Positions 19,497 through 27,740 of a stretch of DNA of 50,082 bases are shown piece by piece. Position 1 is the first letter of the stretch. Every line of letters starts with the position of its first letter. The DNA is from Candidatus Dojkabacteria bacterium. Lineage in GTDB: Bacteria; Patescibacteriota; Dojkabacteria; SC72. Both the position numbers and the translations under genes were made by a program. The stretch is taken from contig JAXGOY010000006.1 of the NCBI GenBank assembly GCA_040767225.1, positions 1-50,082 of the forward strand, read 5' to 3'. The notes beneath the pieces were generated by a model, which was not told the DNA's origin, ran no database searches, and saw nothing but the letters and a program-made list of their open reading frames with translations.

Positions 19497-21001
19497 AACA
19501 GTTTAGACAAAGAATTACCTCTCTTTTACTGTTTTTCCTTGATTATCAGGCCTTGTTGCACTGTTTTACATTTCTTGTATTGTCAATTTCACTCTCTAAT
19601 TTTCTTGAAAAAGTCATTTTTGAAGAAAATTCTGTTTCAATTGGTTTAATTGCTAAAATCTTTCTTCCTGCCTTCTTTCTTTTTATTTTCTTCCTTGTTT
19701 CATATAACCTGCTTTGTCATGTACATATTTTTGTAACTGGGTTAAAAATATTGTTGTTATCCACTCTTTTGTTTCTTCCAATTTTTATCTTTCAATATCT
19801 TAAAATTTCAAAAGCAGTTCAAAAGGTCCAAAGTTTCACAGGTCTGAATGTATCCATAACAGGAGTTTTAATGTCTCAAGAGAAGGAGAATACATATATA
19901 ATTTCTCCTCAAGGAGGACAAGTGGGAGAACTAATCATTAAATTTGATCATATACCTGTTTTACATGCTGGTCAGAAGTGTAAAATTAAAGGAGAAGTTG
20001 TGCAACCTGAGAGTTTTGAAGACTTTGATTATAGAAGATATCTATTTAGAAAAGGAATATATGCAATACTGCAAGTTAAAGAGTATGAATGTAGTAATGG
20101 AGGAAATATTTTTTTTGAAGCAAGATATTCTCTTGAAAGAATTGTAGAAAAGTCTGTTCCAGAACCTGAAGCATCACTCTTAATTGGGATAATGTTTGGA
20201 AGCAAAAGGATATTTTTAAGTGAGTTTAATACAGCACTAAATAGTAGTGGTGTATCTCATGTTATCGCTGCATCTGGATATAATGTGGCTTTAGTAGCAC
20301 AAGGGGTAGATTTACTGTTTAAGAAGAAAAGAGGAAAGGGTGTAGTATTGATAAAGATCTGTTGTATATGGGGATTTTCAATGTTTTCAGGTCTTTCATC
20401 ATCATTAGTTAGAGCAGCTACAATGAGTACACTTTCTTTAATGGCTAATCTTTTTGGTAGAGAGAGTAATAGTGGTGCTACTGTAATATTTTGTGCTACC
20501 CTTCTTATCCTTTTAAACCCTTTCCTTATACATGATGTTGGTTTTCTTTTTTCTTTTGCATCTGTAATTGGTCTTATCTTTTTCCCAAAATGCTTTGAAA
20601 ATATTAAGTCTTCATTTTTAAAAGATAGTATTCTCCCATCTTTAACTTGTATTTTATTTACTATTCCCATTTCAATTGCATTCTTTGGAAAGGTATCTGT
20701 TATTTCTCTTCTTTCTAATATAGTAATTGTTCCTATAATCAGCAGTAGTATATTTTGGGGATTAGGTGCAACAGTAGTAAATATCTTTGTTCCTTTACAG
20801 ATTTTATATTTAATTCCATATATTCAATTAACTGTTTTTAAAAATCTTGTAATGATGTCTTCTAGTGTAGAAATGGTAGAACTGGGAATAAATGAAGGAG
20901 TATTTGCTGTAGCAGTATATTTATTATTATTTCTGTTTTGTTTGTATAACTACCCTATAGAGCCTTCCAATTATTATAGTTTACAGGCTAAAAAGATATG
21001 A
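19487..21001 (+). CDS. comEC: ComEC/Rec2 DNA internalisation channel (OB/DUF4131 plus competence membrane domain, no lactamase domain)
   Basis: It is polytopic and contains the motifs SGVSHVIAASGYNV and LIHDVGFLFSFASVIG. It overlaps comEA by 10 nt and ends in TGA. Confidence 0.8.
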   Translation: MSLKQFRQRITSLLLFFLDYQALLHCFTFLVLSISLSNFLEKVIFEENSVSIGLIAKIFLPAFFLFIFFLVSYNLLCHVHIFVTGLKILLLSTLLFLPIFIFQYLKISKAVQKVQSFTGLNVSITGVLMSQEKENTYIISPQGGQVGELIIKFDHIPVLHAGQKCKIKGEVVQPESFEDFDYRRYLFRKGIYAILQVKEYECSNGGNIFFEARYSLERIVEKSVPEPEASLLIGIMFGSKRIFLSEFNTALNSSGVSHVIAASGYNVALVAQGVDLLFKKKRGKGVVLIKICCIWGFSMFSGLSSSLVRAATMSTLSLMANLFGRESNSGATVIFCATLLILLNPFLIHDVGFLFSFASVIGLIFFPKCFENIKSSFLKDSILPSLTCILFTIPISIAFFGKVSVISLLSNIVIVPIISSSIFWGLGATVVNIFVPLQILYLIPYIQLTVFKNLVMMSSSVEMVELGINEGVFAVAVYLLLFLFCLYNYPIEPSNYYSLQAKKI

Positions 21002-21816
21002 ATTCTCATTTAATCCAAAATTTTATTTGGGTTTTTCTCTCTCTCATATATCTTTTTTGTGTTAAAGCTGAAAATGAGGTTGTATTCTTAAATGTAGGAC
21101 AGGGAGATTCAATTCTTGTTCAGTATGGTAGTACTCAGCTATTAATTGATGGTGGACCAGACTCTTCTGTTTTGTATGAGATTCAGAAATATATGCCAAT
21201 ATATGATAGGAATATAGAATATGTGCTTCTTACTCATCCTCATGATGATCATCTCTTAGGGCTTCTTGAAGTTCTGGATAAATACAGTGTTGGGGAGATT
21301 CTTTACTATCCAGTATGCTTTGAGAATGAAAACTATAAGTATTTGTTACAGAAATATGAGAATAAAAGAGAGGTTGGAAGAGGGGATACTATAAGACTGG
21401 GATATATAGAGGTTAATATATTATGGCCTATACTTAATAAAGAGGAAAGTAAAAACGGATGTGTTGAATCATATAATGGGAATATAAATAATGACTCCCT
21501 TGTTATTGAATTTGAATATTTGGGTAAAAGTTTTCTTCTCATGGGTGATGCAGAGCAGGAGGTTGAAAAAGTTCTTGTAGATAAGGGTTTTCTTCAATTT
21601 GGTAATAGTTATGATATATTAAAAGCAGGGCATCATTGTTCTAATACATCTAGTAGTGAAACCTTCGTAAAAGCAGTATCTCCTAAGTTAGTAATATGTT
21701 CTGCTGGGATAAATAATTCTTTCGGACATCCTGGGAGTGAAACACTGAAAACTTTCCAAAGGCTTAATGTTCAATATTTACTGACATATGAGAAAGGGGA
21801 TATACGGATAAAGTAG
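20998..21816 (+). CDS. MBL-fold metallo-hydrolase corresponding to the ComEC C-terminal beta-lactamase-like domain, encoded as a separate ORF
   Basis: Motifs LLTHPHDDHLLGL, GDAE and AGHH are present. The start overlaps the comEC stop (ATGA) in a different frame. Confidence 0.8.
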   Translation: MNSHLIQNFIWVFLSLIYLFCVKAENEVVFLNVGQGDSILVQYGSTQLLIDGGPDSSVLYEIQKYMPIYDRNIEYVLLTHPHDDHLLGLLEVLDKYSVGEILYYPVCFENENYKYLLQKYENKREVGRGDTIRLGYIEVNILWPILNKEESKNGCVESYNGNINNDSLVIEFEYLGKSFLLMGDAEQEVEKVLVDKGFLQFGNSYDILKAGHHCSNTSSSETFVKAVSPKLVICSAGINNSFGHPGSETLKTFQRLNVQYLLTYEKGDIRIK

Positions 21817-21845
21817 GTGGAATGTGATAAAATATATGAGGAGGT

Positions 21846-21919
21846 GTACTTGTAGCTCAATTGGATAGAGCATTGGTTTGCGGAACCAAAGGTTGACAGT
21901 TCAAATCTGTCCAAGTACA
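21846..21919 (+). tRNA. tRNA-Arg (anticodon GCG)
   Basis: Folded by hand. The acceptor stem is GTACTTG/CAAGTAC and the D stem GCTC/GAGC. The anticodon stem is TTGGT/ACCAA with loop TTGCGGA. The T arm is GACAG-TTCAAAT-CTGTC. Confidence 0.75.
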
Positions 21920-21922
21920 TAT

Positions 21923-21996
<74 letters not shown>

Positions 21997-22016
21997 TTTT
22001 TGATATATACTATACT

Positions 22017-23807
22017 ATGGATATACAACAGGAAATTACTGACAATCTTAAAGATATTGTAAACAGTATGGGGGCTTTAGGAGATACTGTTAAAGTTGAA
22101 ATTCCTGCACAATCTTCTTTTGGTGATATGACATCTAATATTGCAATGCAAATCTCAAAGCAGCTTAATGCTAATCCTGTTGATGTAGCAAAGGAAATTG
22201 TAAGAAGACTTCCCAAGAATGAGAATATTGAGAAGATAGAGGTAGTATCTCCTGGATTTATAAACTTCTTTTTTTCTGATAAATATCTTTTGGAGATTCT
22301 TAAAGAGGTAAATATAAACAAAGAATATTTTAATATTGATGTTCTTAAGGGTAAAAAGTATGTAGTTGAGTATACAGATCCTAATCCTTTTAAGATATTC
22401 CATATTGGGCATCTGTATACAAATATGGTAGGTGAATCTTTTGCAAGGCTTACAGAGGCGCTAGGAGCTTTAGTTATTCGTGCTAATTATCAGGGAGATG
22501 TTGGTCTTCATGTAGCTAAAACAATGTGGGGACTGGAAAAAATGCTTAAAGATGATGGTATTACATTTAATGATTTAGCAAAAAGACCACTAAATGAAAG
22601 GGTTAAGTATTTAGGTGATGCATATATGCTTGGTTTTAAGATGTATGATGATATTAAAGATAAGGAAGTTATTGATGATGTTAGAAACATTAACTACTAT
22701 ATATTTTCCTTGTATATTAAATCCCTTCCCAAAAGAGAGTTTTTTGATGAGTTAGATAAAAGACAGATTAAAGAAATGTACTTTGAGAGTAGAAAATGGT
22801 GTCTTGAGTCTTTTGAAGAGATTTACAAAAGAACAGGTACAAAGTTTGACAAGTACTATTTTGAAAGCCAGATGGGAGAAGATGCTATAAAGATAGTAAG
22901 GGAAAATATGAATGGGAAAGGTAAAAACATTTTTAAAGAGAGTGAAGGTTCAGTTATCTATGAAGGAGATCCTAAAAAGGGACTTCACACAAGGGTGTTT
23001 TTAAATAAAGAGGGGCTTCCAACATATGAGTCAAAGGAGATAGCATTGGCATTAAAGAAATATGAAGATTTTAAATTTGATAAATCTATTATAATAACTG
23101 CTAATGAACAAACTCCTTACTTTAATGTAGTTTTAGACGCACTTTCGCAGTTAGAGCCTTTGATTGCTAACAGTACTGTTCACTTTGGTCATGGTATGGT
23201 TAAACTTCCTGGAGCTGAGAAAATGTCAAGTAGAAAGGGTAAGATCATTGAAGGTGAGTGGTTACTAAATGAGGCGAAAAGAAAGGTTGAAGAAGTCATG
23301 AGAAAAAGTGAAAAGTGGAGTGAGAGTGAAATAGCTGATGTTAGTGATAAAATTGCAGTTGCAGCAATTAAATATTCTTTTCTTAAAGTTTCTGTTGGTA
23401 AGGATGTTATCTTTGATTTAAATAAAGCTACAAGTTTTGATGGAGACAGTGGTCCGTATCTTCTATATGTATATGCAAGATGCATTTCTATTTTAAGAGA
23501 GTATTCAAAAGAGATTCCTAATATTGATTTTAGTAGCATATCTAATCTAGATGTCTATACTAAAGAACTTTTAAGAGCAATTATCAAATATAAATATATT
23601 CTGCTATCATCTGCTACAAACTATACTCCTAACATACTTTGTTCATACCTGTTTGATTTAGGGCAGACCTTTAGCTCTTTTTATCAGAATGTAAAGGTGC
23701 TTGGTTCTAGTAATGAGGATTTTTTAATTAATGTTATAATATCGACCTCAAAAGTAATGAAGGAGGGATTAAATGCTTTGGGTATTGAGAGTGTAGACAG
23801 AATGTAA
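22017..23807 (+). CDS. argS: Arginyl-tRNA synthetase
   Basis: The class I HIGH motif (FHIGHLY) and an MSSRKG (KMSK-like) motif are present. The N-terminal Arg-tRNA-binding domain and the C-terminal DALR-type anticodon-binding region end in ...M. Confidence 0.9.
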   Translation: MDIQQEITDNLKDIVNSMGALGDTVKVEIPAQSSFGDMTSNIAMQISKQLNANPVDVAKEIVRRLPKNENIEKIEVVSPGFINFFFSDKYLLEILKEVNINKEYFNIDVLKGKKYVVEYTDPNPFKIFHIGHLYTNMVGESFARLTEALGALVIRANYQGDVGLHVAKTMWGLEKMLKDDGITFNDLAKRPLNERVKYLGDAYMLGFKMYDDIKDKEVIDDVRNINYYIFSLYIKSLPKREFFDELDKRQIKEMYFESRKWCLESFEEIYKRTGTKFDKYYFESQMGEDAIKIVRENMNGKGKNIFKESEGSVIYEGDPKKGLHTRVFLNKEGLPTYESKEIALALKKYEDFKFDKSIIITANEQTPYFNVVLDALSQLEPLIANSTVHFGHGMVKLPGAEKMSSRKGKIIEGEWLLNEAKRKVEEVMRKSEKWSESEIADVSDKIAVAAIKYSFLKVSVGKDVIFDLNKATSFDGDSGPYLLYVYARCISILREYSKEIPNIDFSSISNLDVYTKELLRAIIKYKYILLSSATNYTPNILCSYLFDLGQTFSSFYQNVKVLGSSNEDFLINVIISTSKVMKEGLNALGIESVDRM

Positions 23808-23810
23808 GGA

Positions 23811-23884
23811 CGGGGTGTAGTTCAGATGGCTAGAACGCTACGTTCGGGACGTAGAGGTCGTCCGTTCAAGTCGGATCACCCCGA
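23811..23884 (+). tRNA. tRNA-Pro (anticodon CGG)
   Basis: The acceptor stem CGGGGTG/CACCCCG has the C1:G72 pair typical of bacterial tRNA-Pro. The anticodon stem is CTACG/CGTAG with loop TTCGGGA. Confidence 0.8.
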
Positions 23885-23918
23885 TTATAGAGATTATGTA
23901 TTAAAGAAGATATTCTGA

Positions 23919-24495
23919 ATGAGAAAAAGAAATAACAAAAAAGATATTGCCGATGATGATATAGCTGAAATGGTAATTAAAGATCCGAATTCATATAAAT
24001 ATATCATTGAGAGATATGAGAAGAAACTTCTTGGATATATACGTAGAATTCTTTTTGTATCAAAAGAAGATGCAGAGGATATCCTTCAAGATGTCTTTAT
24101 TAAAGCATATAAAAATATTAATTCGTACGATAGCAAATACTCATTTTCAAGTTGGATATACAGGATAGCACACAATGAATCAGTATCTTTTTTAAGAAAG
24201 AAAAAAAAAGATAATAGAGTGTAATCAAGATGATGAAATATTTGACAGGATTAGCTCAGATGAGGATATTGAGGATGATTTTCTAAAAGATTTAAAGAAA
24301 AGAGAAGTTAGGAAATTGCTTACAAAATTAAATCCAAAGTACAGGGAGGTTTTGGTTTTAAGATACTTTGAGGATATGGAGTATAATCAGATATCTGATA
24401 TCTTACATACCTCAGTGGGAAATGTTTCTTCGTTGATAGGCAGAGGCAAGAAAGAATTTAAGATGTTAGTAGAAAGATATGGCAGGAATATCTAG
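23919..24495 (+). pseudogene. ECF-type sigma-70 family factor with its reading frame broken at an A9 tract (pseudogene, homopolymer error or slippage-dependent gene)
   Basis: ORF 23919-24224 encodes region 2 (...DILQDVFIKAYKNINSYD...FSSWIYRIAHNESVSFLRKKKK). The +1 frame from the A9 run (24201-24209) to the TAG at 24493-24495 encodes region 4 (...KYREVLVLRYFEDMEYNQISDILHTSVGNVSSLIGRGKKEF). Removing one A joins the two frames. Confidence 0.7.
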
Positions 24496-25198
24496 TAAAG
24501 TACTAGAAAAAATAGAAGATGAGAAGATAAAACCAATTGGTAAGTGGTCTTTCATACTCAAAGACTCTTTTGTATGGACCCTTTTTATTTTAAATATTAT
24601 TTTTGGATCAGTTGGTTTTGCAATTTCAATATATCTTTTTGAGGCAAGTGAAGTATTTGATTTAATTCTTCCTGTTAATGATTTAATGCAGGCTCTGATA
24701 CTAGCGATACCAGTAATATGGATAATTATTACAGTAATATTCTTGATAGTATCATTTGTTAATTTTAAATACCTAAAGGGAGGATATAGATTCTCCGCAT
24801 TTAAGGTGTTTATAATTAATATCCTTTGTATTCTTCTCTTAGGCTGGTTTCTTAATGAGTTAGGTATATCAGAGAGGATTAATGCTTTCTTTTCAGAAAA
24901 CATATCTACATATGAAGAAAATGTAGACCCTAGGTATAAAGTTTGGAATAGACCAGAAGAGGGATATATTGCTGGTGAAATAGTGGGAATTGACCATAAT
25001 ATTGTTAAAATCAAGGATTTGAGCGGTGATATATGGGATATAAATATTGAAAATGCAAATGTGAGAATGCCTGTTAATTTAAGAATAGGAGAAAAGATTA
25101 AAGCTAGAGGTAAGGCTCTTAATGATGGCATTTTTAATGCTAGTGATGTTCTTCCTTGGGAGGGAAGAAGAAGAAATCTGCAACAAAACCATATGTAG
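24479..25198 (+). CDS. Polytopic membrane protein; putative anti-sigma or sigma-associated factor by position only
   Basis: The ATG overlaps the end of the sigma-factor region 4 frame. There are several hydrophobic helices followed by a soluble C-terminal domain. No recognisable catalytic motif is present. Confidence 0.5.
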   Translation: MAGISSKVLEKIEDEKIKPIGKWSFILKDSFVWTLFILNIIFGSVGFAISIYLFEASEVFDLILPVNDLMQALILAIPVIWIIITVIFLIVSFVNFKYLKGGYRFSAFKVFIINILCILLLGWFLNELGISERINAFFSENISTYEENVDPRYKVWNRPEEGYIAGEIVGIDHNIVKIKDLSGDIWDINIENANVRMPVNLRIGEKIKARGKALNDGIFNASDVLPWEGRRRNLQQNHM

Positions 25199-25252
25199 TT
25201 GCGTAATACATATTAGAGATCTCCAAATATTTAATTTATTACTAATCAAAGC

Positions 25253-25663
25253 ATGAAGAGTAAACTAATAGCACTAGGGGCACTGGTTGTTGCACTTCTT
25301 GGAGTTATTGCTTTTACAACAAAGCAGGTAGATGCTTATAGAGGTGACTATACACAGGTAGGCCCAAATCATACTGAGGAAAGAGAAGCAGAGATGGATG
25401 CCATTTTTGCAAATCCAGAGAGCAGTTATGATGAATGGGTAGCTCTTATGACTGAGGATGGAAGAAAACCAGGAGTCGTTGATAAGATTTCTGAGGAAGA
25501 GTTTCCTGCTTTTGCACAGGCTCGTAAATTAGCCCAAGAGGGTGATATTGAAGGAGCAAATGCAATAAGGGAGGAGTTAGGTCTTGGCCAAGGTCAGAGG
25601 AGAGGTGGAGGTAATGGTAATGGTCAGGGATTAATGATGAGAGATGGTAGTTGTAATAGGTAA
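25253..25663 (+). CDS. Small secreted or anchored hypothetical protein with a Gly/Asn/Gln-rich C-terminus
   Basis: There is an N-terminal signal-like helix (LIALGALVVALLGVIAF), an acidic helical middle region and the C-terminal GQGQRRGGGNGNGQG. A terminator follows. Confidence 0.5.
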   Translation: MKSKLIALGALVVALLGVIAFTTKQVDAYRGDYTQVGPNHTEEREAEMDAIFANPESSYDEWVALMTEDGRKPGVVDKISEEEFPAFAQARKLAQEGDIEGANAIREELGLGQGQRRGGGNGNGQGLMMRDGSCNR

Positions 25664-25682
25664 TTGGAATTTGTAGGAAGTG

Positions 25683-25709
25683 AACCCCCTTATGGGGGTT
25701 TTCTTCTTT
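25683..25709. terminator. Bidirectional intrinsic terminator between convergent genes
   Basis: AACCCCC-TTAT-GGGGGTT forms a 7-bp stem followed by TTCTTCTTT on the plus strand. It lies between the 25253-25663 gene and the rlmN stop. Confidence 0.6.
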
Positions 25710-25730
25710 AGACAAAATTTTTATATCTAG

Positions 25731-26735
25731 TTAGCAGTTTCGTGCTTCCACTGCCAACTGTCCACATGCTCCTTTTATATCCTCTCCTAGTGATTTACGA
25801 ATTGTACATGTTACTCCATTTTCAAGAAGTATTCGTTGAAAGAGTAGTGCATTTCTTGATTTTTTAAATGGTAAACATTCATTTTCATTGTAATTTATAA
25901 GATTTACAAAAGCTAACCTATTTTTTAAAAGCTTTGCAAGCTCCTTTGCATTTTCAGTAAAATCATTAATGTCTCTTAACAGCACATACTCATATGTAAC
26001 TCTTTTGTTTGTTCTTTCGGTGTATTCATCGAGAAGTTTAAACAAATCCTGTAAAGAATTACTCTTGGATACTGTTGGCATTAACATATTCCTTAACTCC
26101 TGAGTAGGTGCATGGAGGCTAATTGCAAGCTTAACACCAAGCTTTTTGTTTAAAAAACTCCTTAGATTTTGTATATATCCTGAAGTAGATACTGTTACAC
26201 GCCTTCTTGAAAGTGCTAATTTCTCTTTGTCTGTAATACTAATTATGGATTGTGAAACATTTTCTAAGTTTAGCATTGGTTCACCCATACCCATGTACAC
26301 TATATTTGTTACTTTCTTGTTTTTAGTCTTTAATTCTCTTGCAAAATGAAGGACCTGATCCAATATCTGATATTGGTTTAAAGATTCTTTTAATCCCATT
26401 TGACCTGATGCACAAAATATACATCCTACAGGACATCCACTCATACAGCTTACACAAACTGTATTTCTCTCTTTTTCTTGTATTAATACACTTTCTATAT
26501 AATTTCCTAACTCTGTTTTAAAAAGAGCTTTTTTTGTTTTTCCATCATCAGATTGTGCTTCTGCTATAAAGGATAGTTGAGAGAAGGGGATTTCATCTTT
26601 TAATTTCTTTCTTAAATCAACTGGCCATGTAGTTAGTTCGTCCCATGAGGATATTAAGTTTTTGTAGTATTGGGTGTATAATTGAGTCCTTCTGTATAAA
26701 GGAAGATTGTATTTTTCAATAAACTGCTCAAACAT
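25731..26735 (-). CDS. rlmN: 23S rRNA/tRNA adenine-C2 methyltransferase RlmN (radical SAM)
   Basis: The radical-SAM cluster motif CPVGCIFCASG is present, along with GMGEPMLN and the C-terminal GEDIKGACGQL that carries the conserved catalytic Cys. Confidence 0.9.
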   Translation of the reverse strand: MFEQFIEKYNLPLYRRTQLYTQYYKNLISSWDELTTWPVDLRKKLKDEIPFSQLSFIAEAQSDDGKTKKALFKTELGNYIESVLIQEKERNTVCVSCMSGCPVGCIFCASGQMGLKESLNQYQILDQVLHFARELKTKNKKVTNIVYMGMGEPMLNLENVSQSIISITDKEKLALSRRRVTVSTSGYIQNLRSFLNKKLGVKLAISLHAPTQELRNMLMPTVSKSNSLQDLFKLLDEYTERTNKRVTYEYVLLRDINDFTENAKELAKLLKNRLAFVNLINYNENECLPFKKSRNALLFQRILLENGVTCTIRKSLGEDIKGACGQLAVEARNC

Positions 26736-26762
26736 ATATTTAAATTATATTTTAAATTACAA

Positions 26763-27245
26763 ATGACTGAAAGTGATAAATTAAATGATTATTTTGTTTA
26801 TGTGATTGCAGATGATGATAAAAGAAAAGTTGAGATGAATAAAATGGTAATGTCTGCTTTTGGTATTAATCCTGTGTGTGTTGAAAAAGACTTTTATGAT
26901 AATTTAATTGAGCATATTTATAATATACATGATGAAGGGAAATTCCCAATTATATTTCTTGATGATAACCTTGGTTTTGGAGAGAGAAGAGGAAGTGAAA
27001 TTGTTAAGCTTCTAAATGATGCTTTTAAGGATAAGGGTGGTATTCTTATACCTTCTTCAAGTAATTACAAGCAGCAGCTTGATGAATGGAAAGATATTCT
27101 AAATACTGATGTTTGGACTATTCCAGAGGAAGGAAAGCTTCCTATTGAATATTTCAGGGATGGTGATATTGAAAGATACTGCAATGAATATCTTGAGAAT
27201 TTTTCTAATGGAGAACAAAAGTCAGAATTAGGTAAAATTAATTAA
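26763..27245 (+). CDS. Stand-alone CheY-like receiver-domain-like protein (divergent)
   Basis: The secondary-structure-like pattern is VYVIADDD (acidic pocket), PIIFLDDNLG (Asp at the phospho-acceptor-like position) and ILIPSSS (Ser/Thr position). It is a paralog of the next ORF. Confidence 0.4.
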   Translation: MTESDKLNDYFVYVIADDDKRKVEMNKMVMSAFGINPVCVEKDFYDNLIEHIYNIHDEGKFPIIFLDDNLGFGERRGSEIVKLLNDAFKDKGGILIPSSSNYKQQLDEWKDILNTDVWTIPEEGKLPIEYFRDGDIERYCNEYLENFSNGEQKSELGKIN

Positions 27246-27255
27246 ATGTATAGAT

Positions 27256-27723
27256 ATGAATGATAACAAAAAAGTTTTTGATAAGTTTACAATAATTATT
27301 GTTGATGAAGATGAATTTATCGTTAAGGCAAGGACATTGTTACTGAAAGAAATGGGTATATCTCCTGTGTGTATATCATATGGGAATTTAAGACAAAAGA
27401 CTTCTGAAATGGTTTCTCTTGTTTATAACGAAGGCAAGTATCCTGTTATATTTCTAGGTGCACATGGCAGTCATTATTCAGAAACAAGTGATACATTGAT
27501 ATTAGAAGATCTTTTTAAGAATTTTGAGCAAGGTGGTATCATTATTCCTTCTTCTTTAAATTATTATGAGCAGATGAACGATTGGAGCTATTTTGTTCCT
27601 AAGGATGAGAAGAATTGGGTAATTCCTAAGACATATAATGTTAATCTTGAAGATGAGTGTAACGATTTTGTAAAAAATGTTTTACATGAGGGACAGGAGG
27701 GTATAGAATTTAAAAATATGTAA
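27256..27723 (+). CDS. Paralog of the preceding receiver-like protein; likely a pseudo-receiver
   Basis: It aligns by eye with 26763-27245 (GI.PVC..., EGK.P.IFL, GGI.IPSS.NY..Q...W). The FLDDNLG position reads FLGAHGS, so the acceptor Asp is absent. Confidence 0.4.
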   Translation: MNDNKKVFDKFTIIIVDEDEFIVKARTLLLKEMGISPVCISYGNLRQKTSEMVSLVYNEGKYPVIFLGAHGSHYSETSDTLILEDLFKNFEQGGIIIPSSLNYYEQMNDWSYFVPKDEKNWVIPKTYNVNLEDECNDFVKNVLHEGQEGIEFKNM

Positions 27724-27740
27724 TTTAAATATTACTGCCT

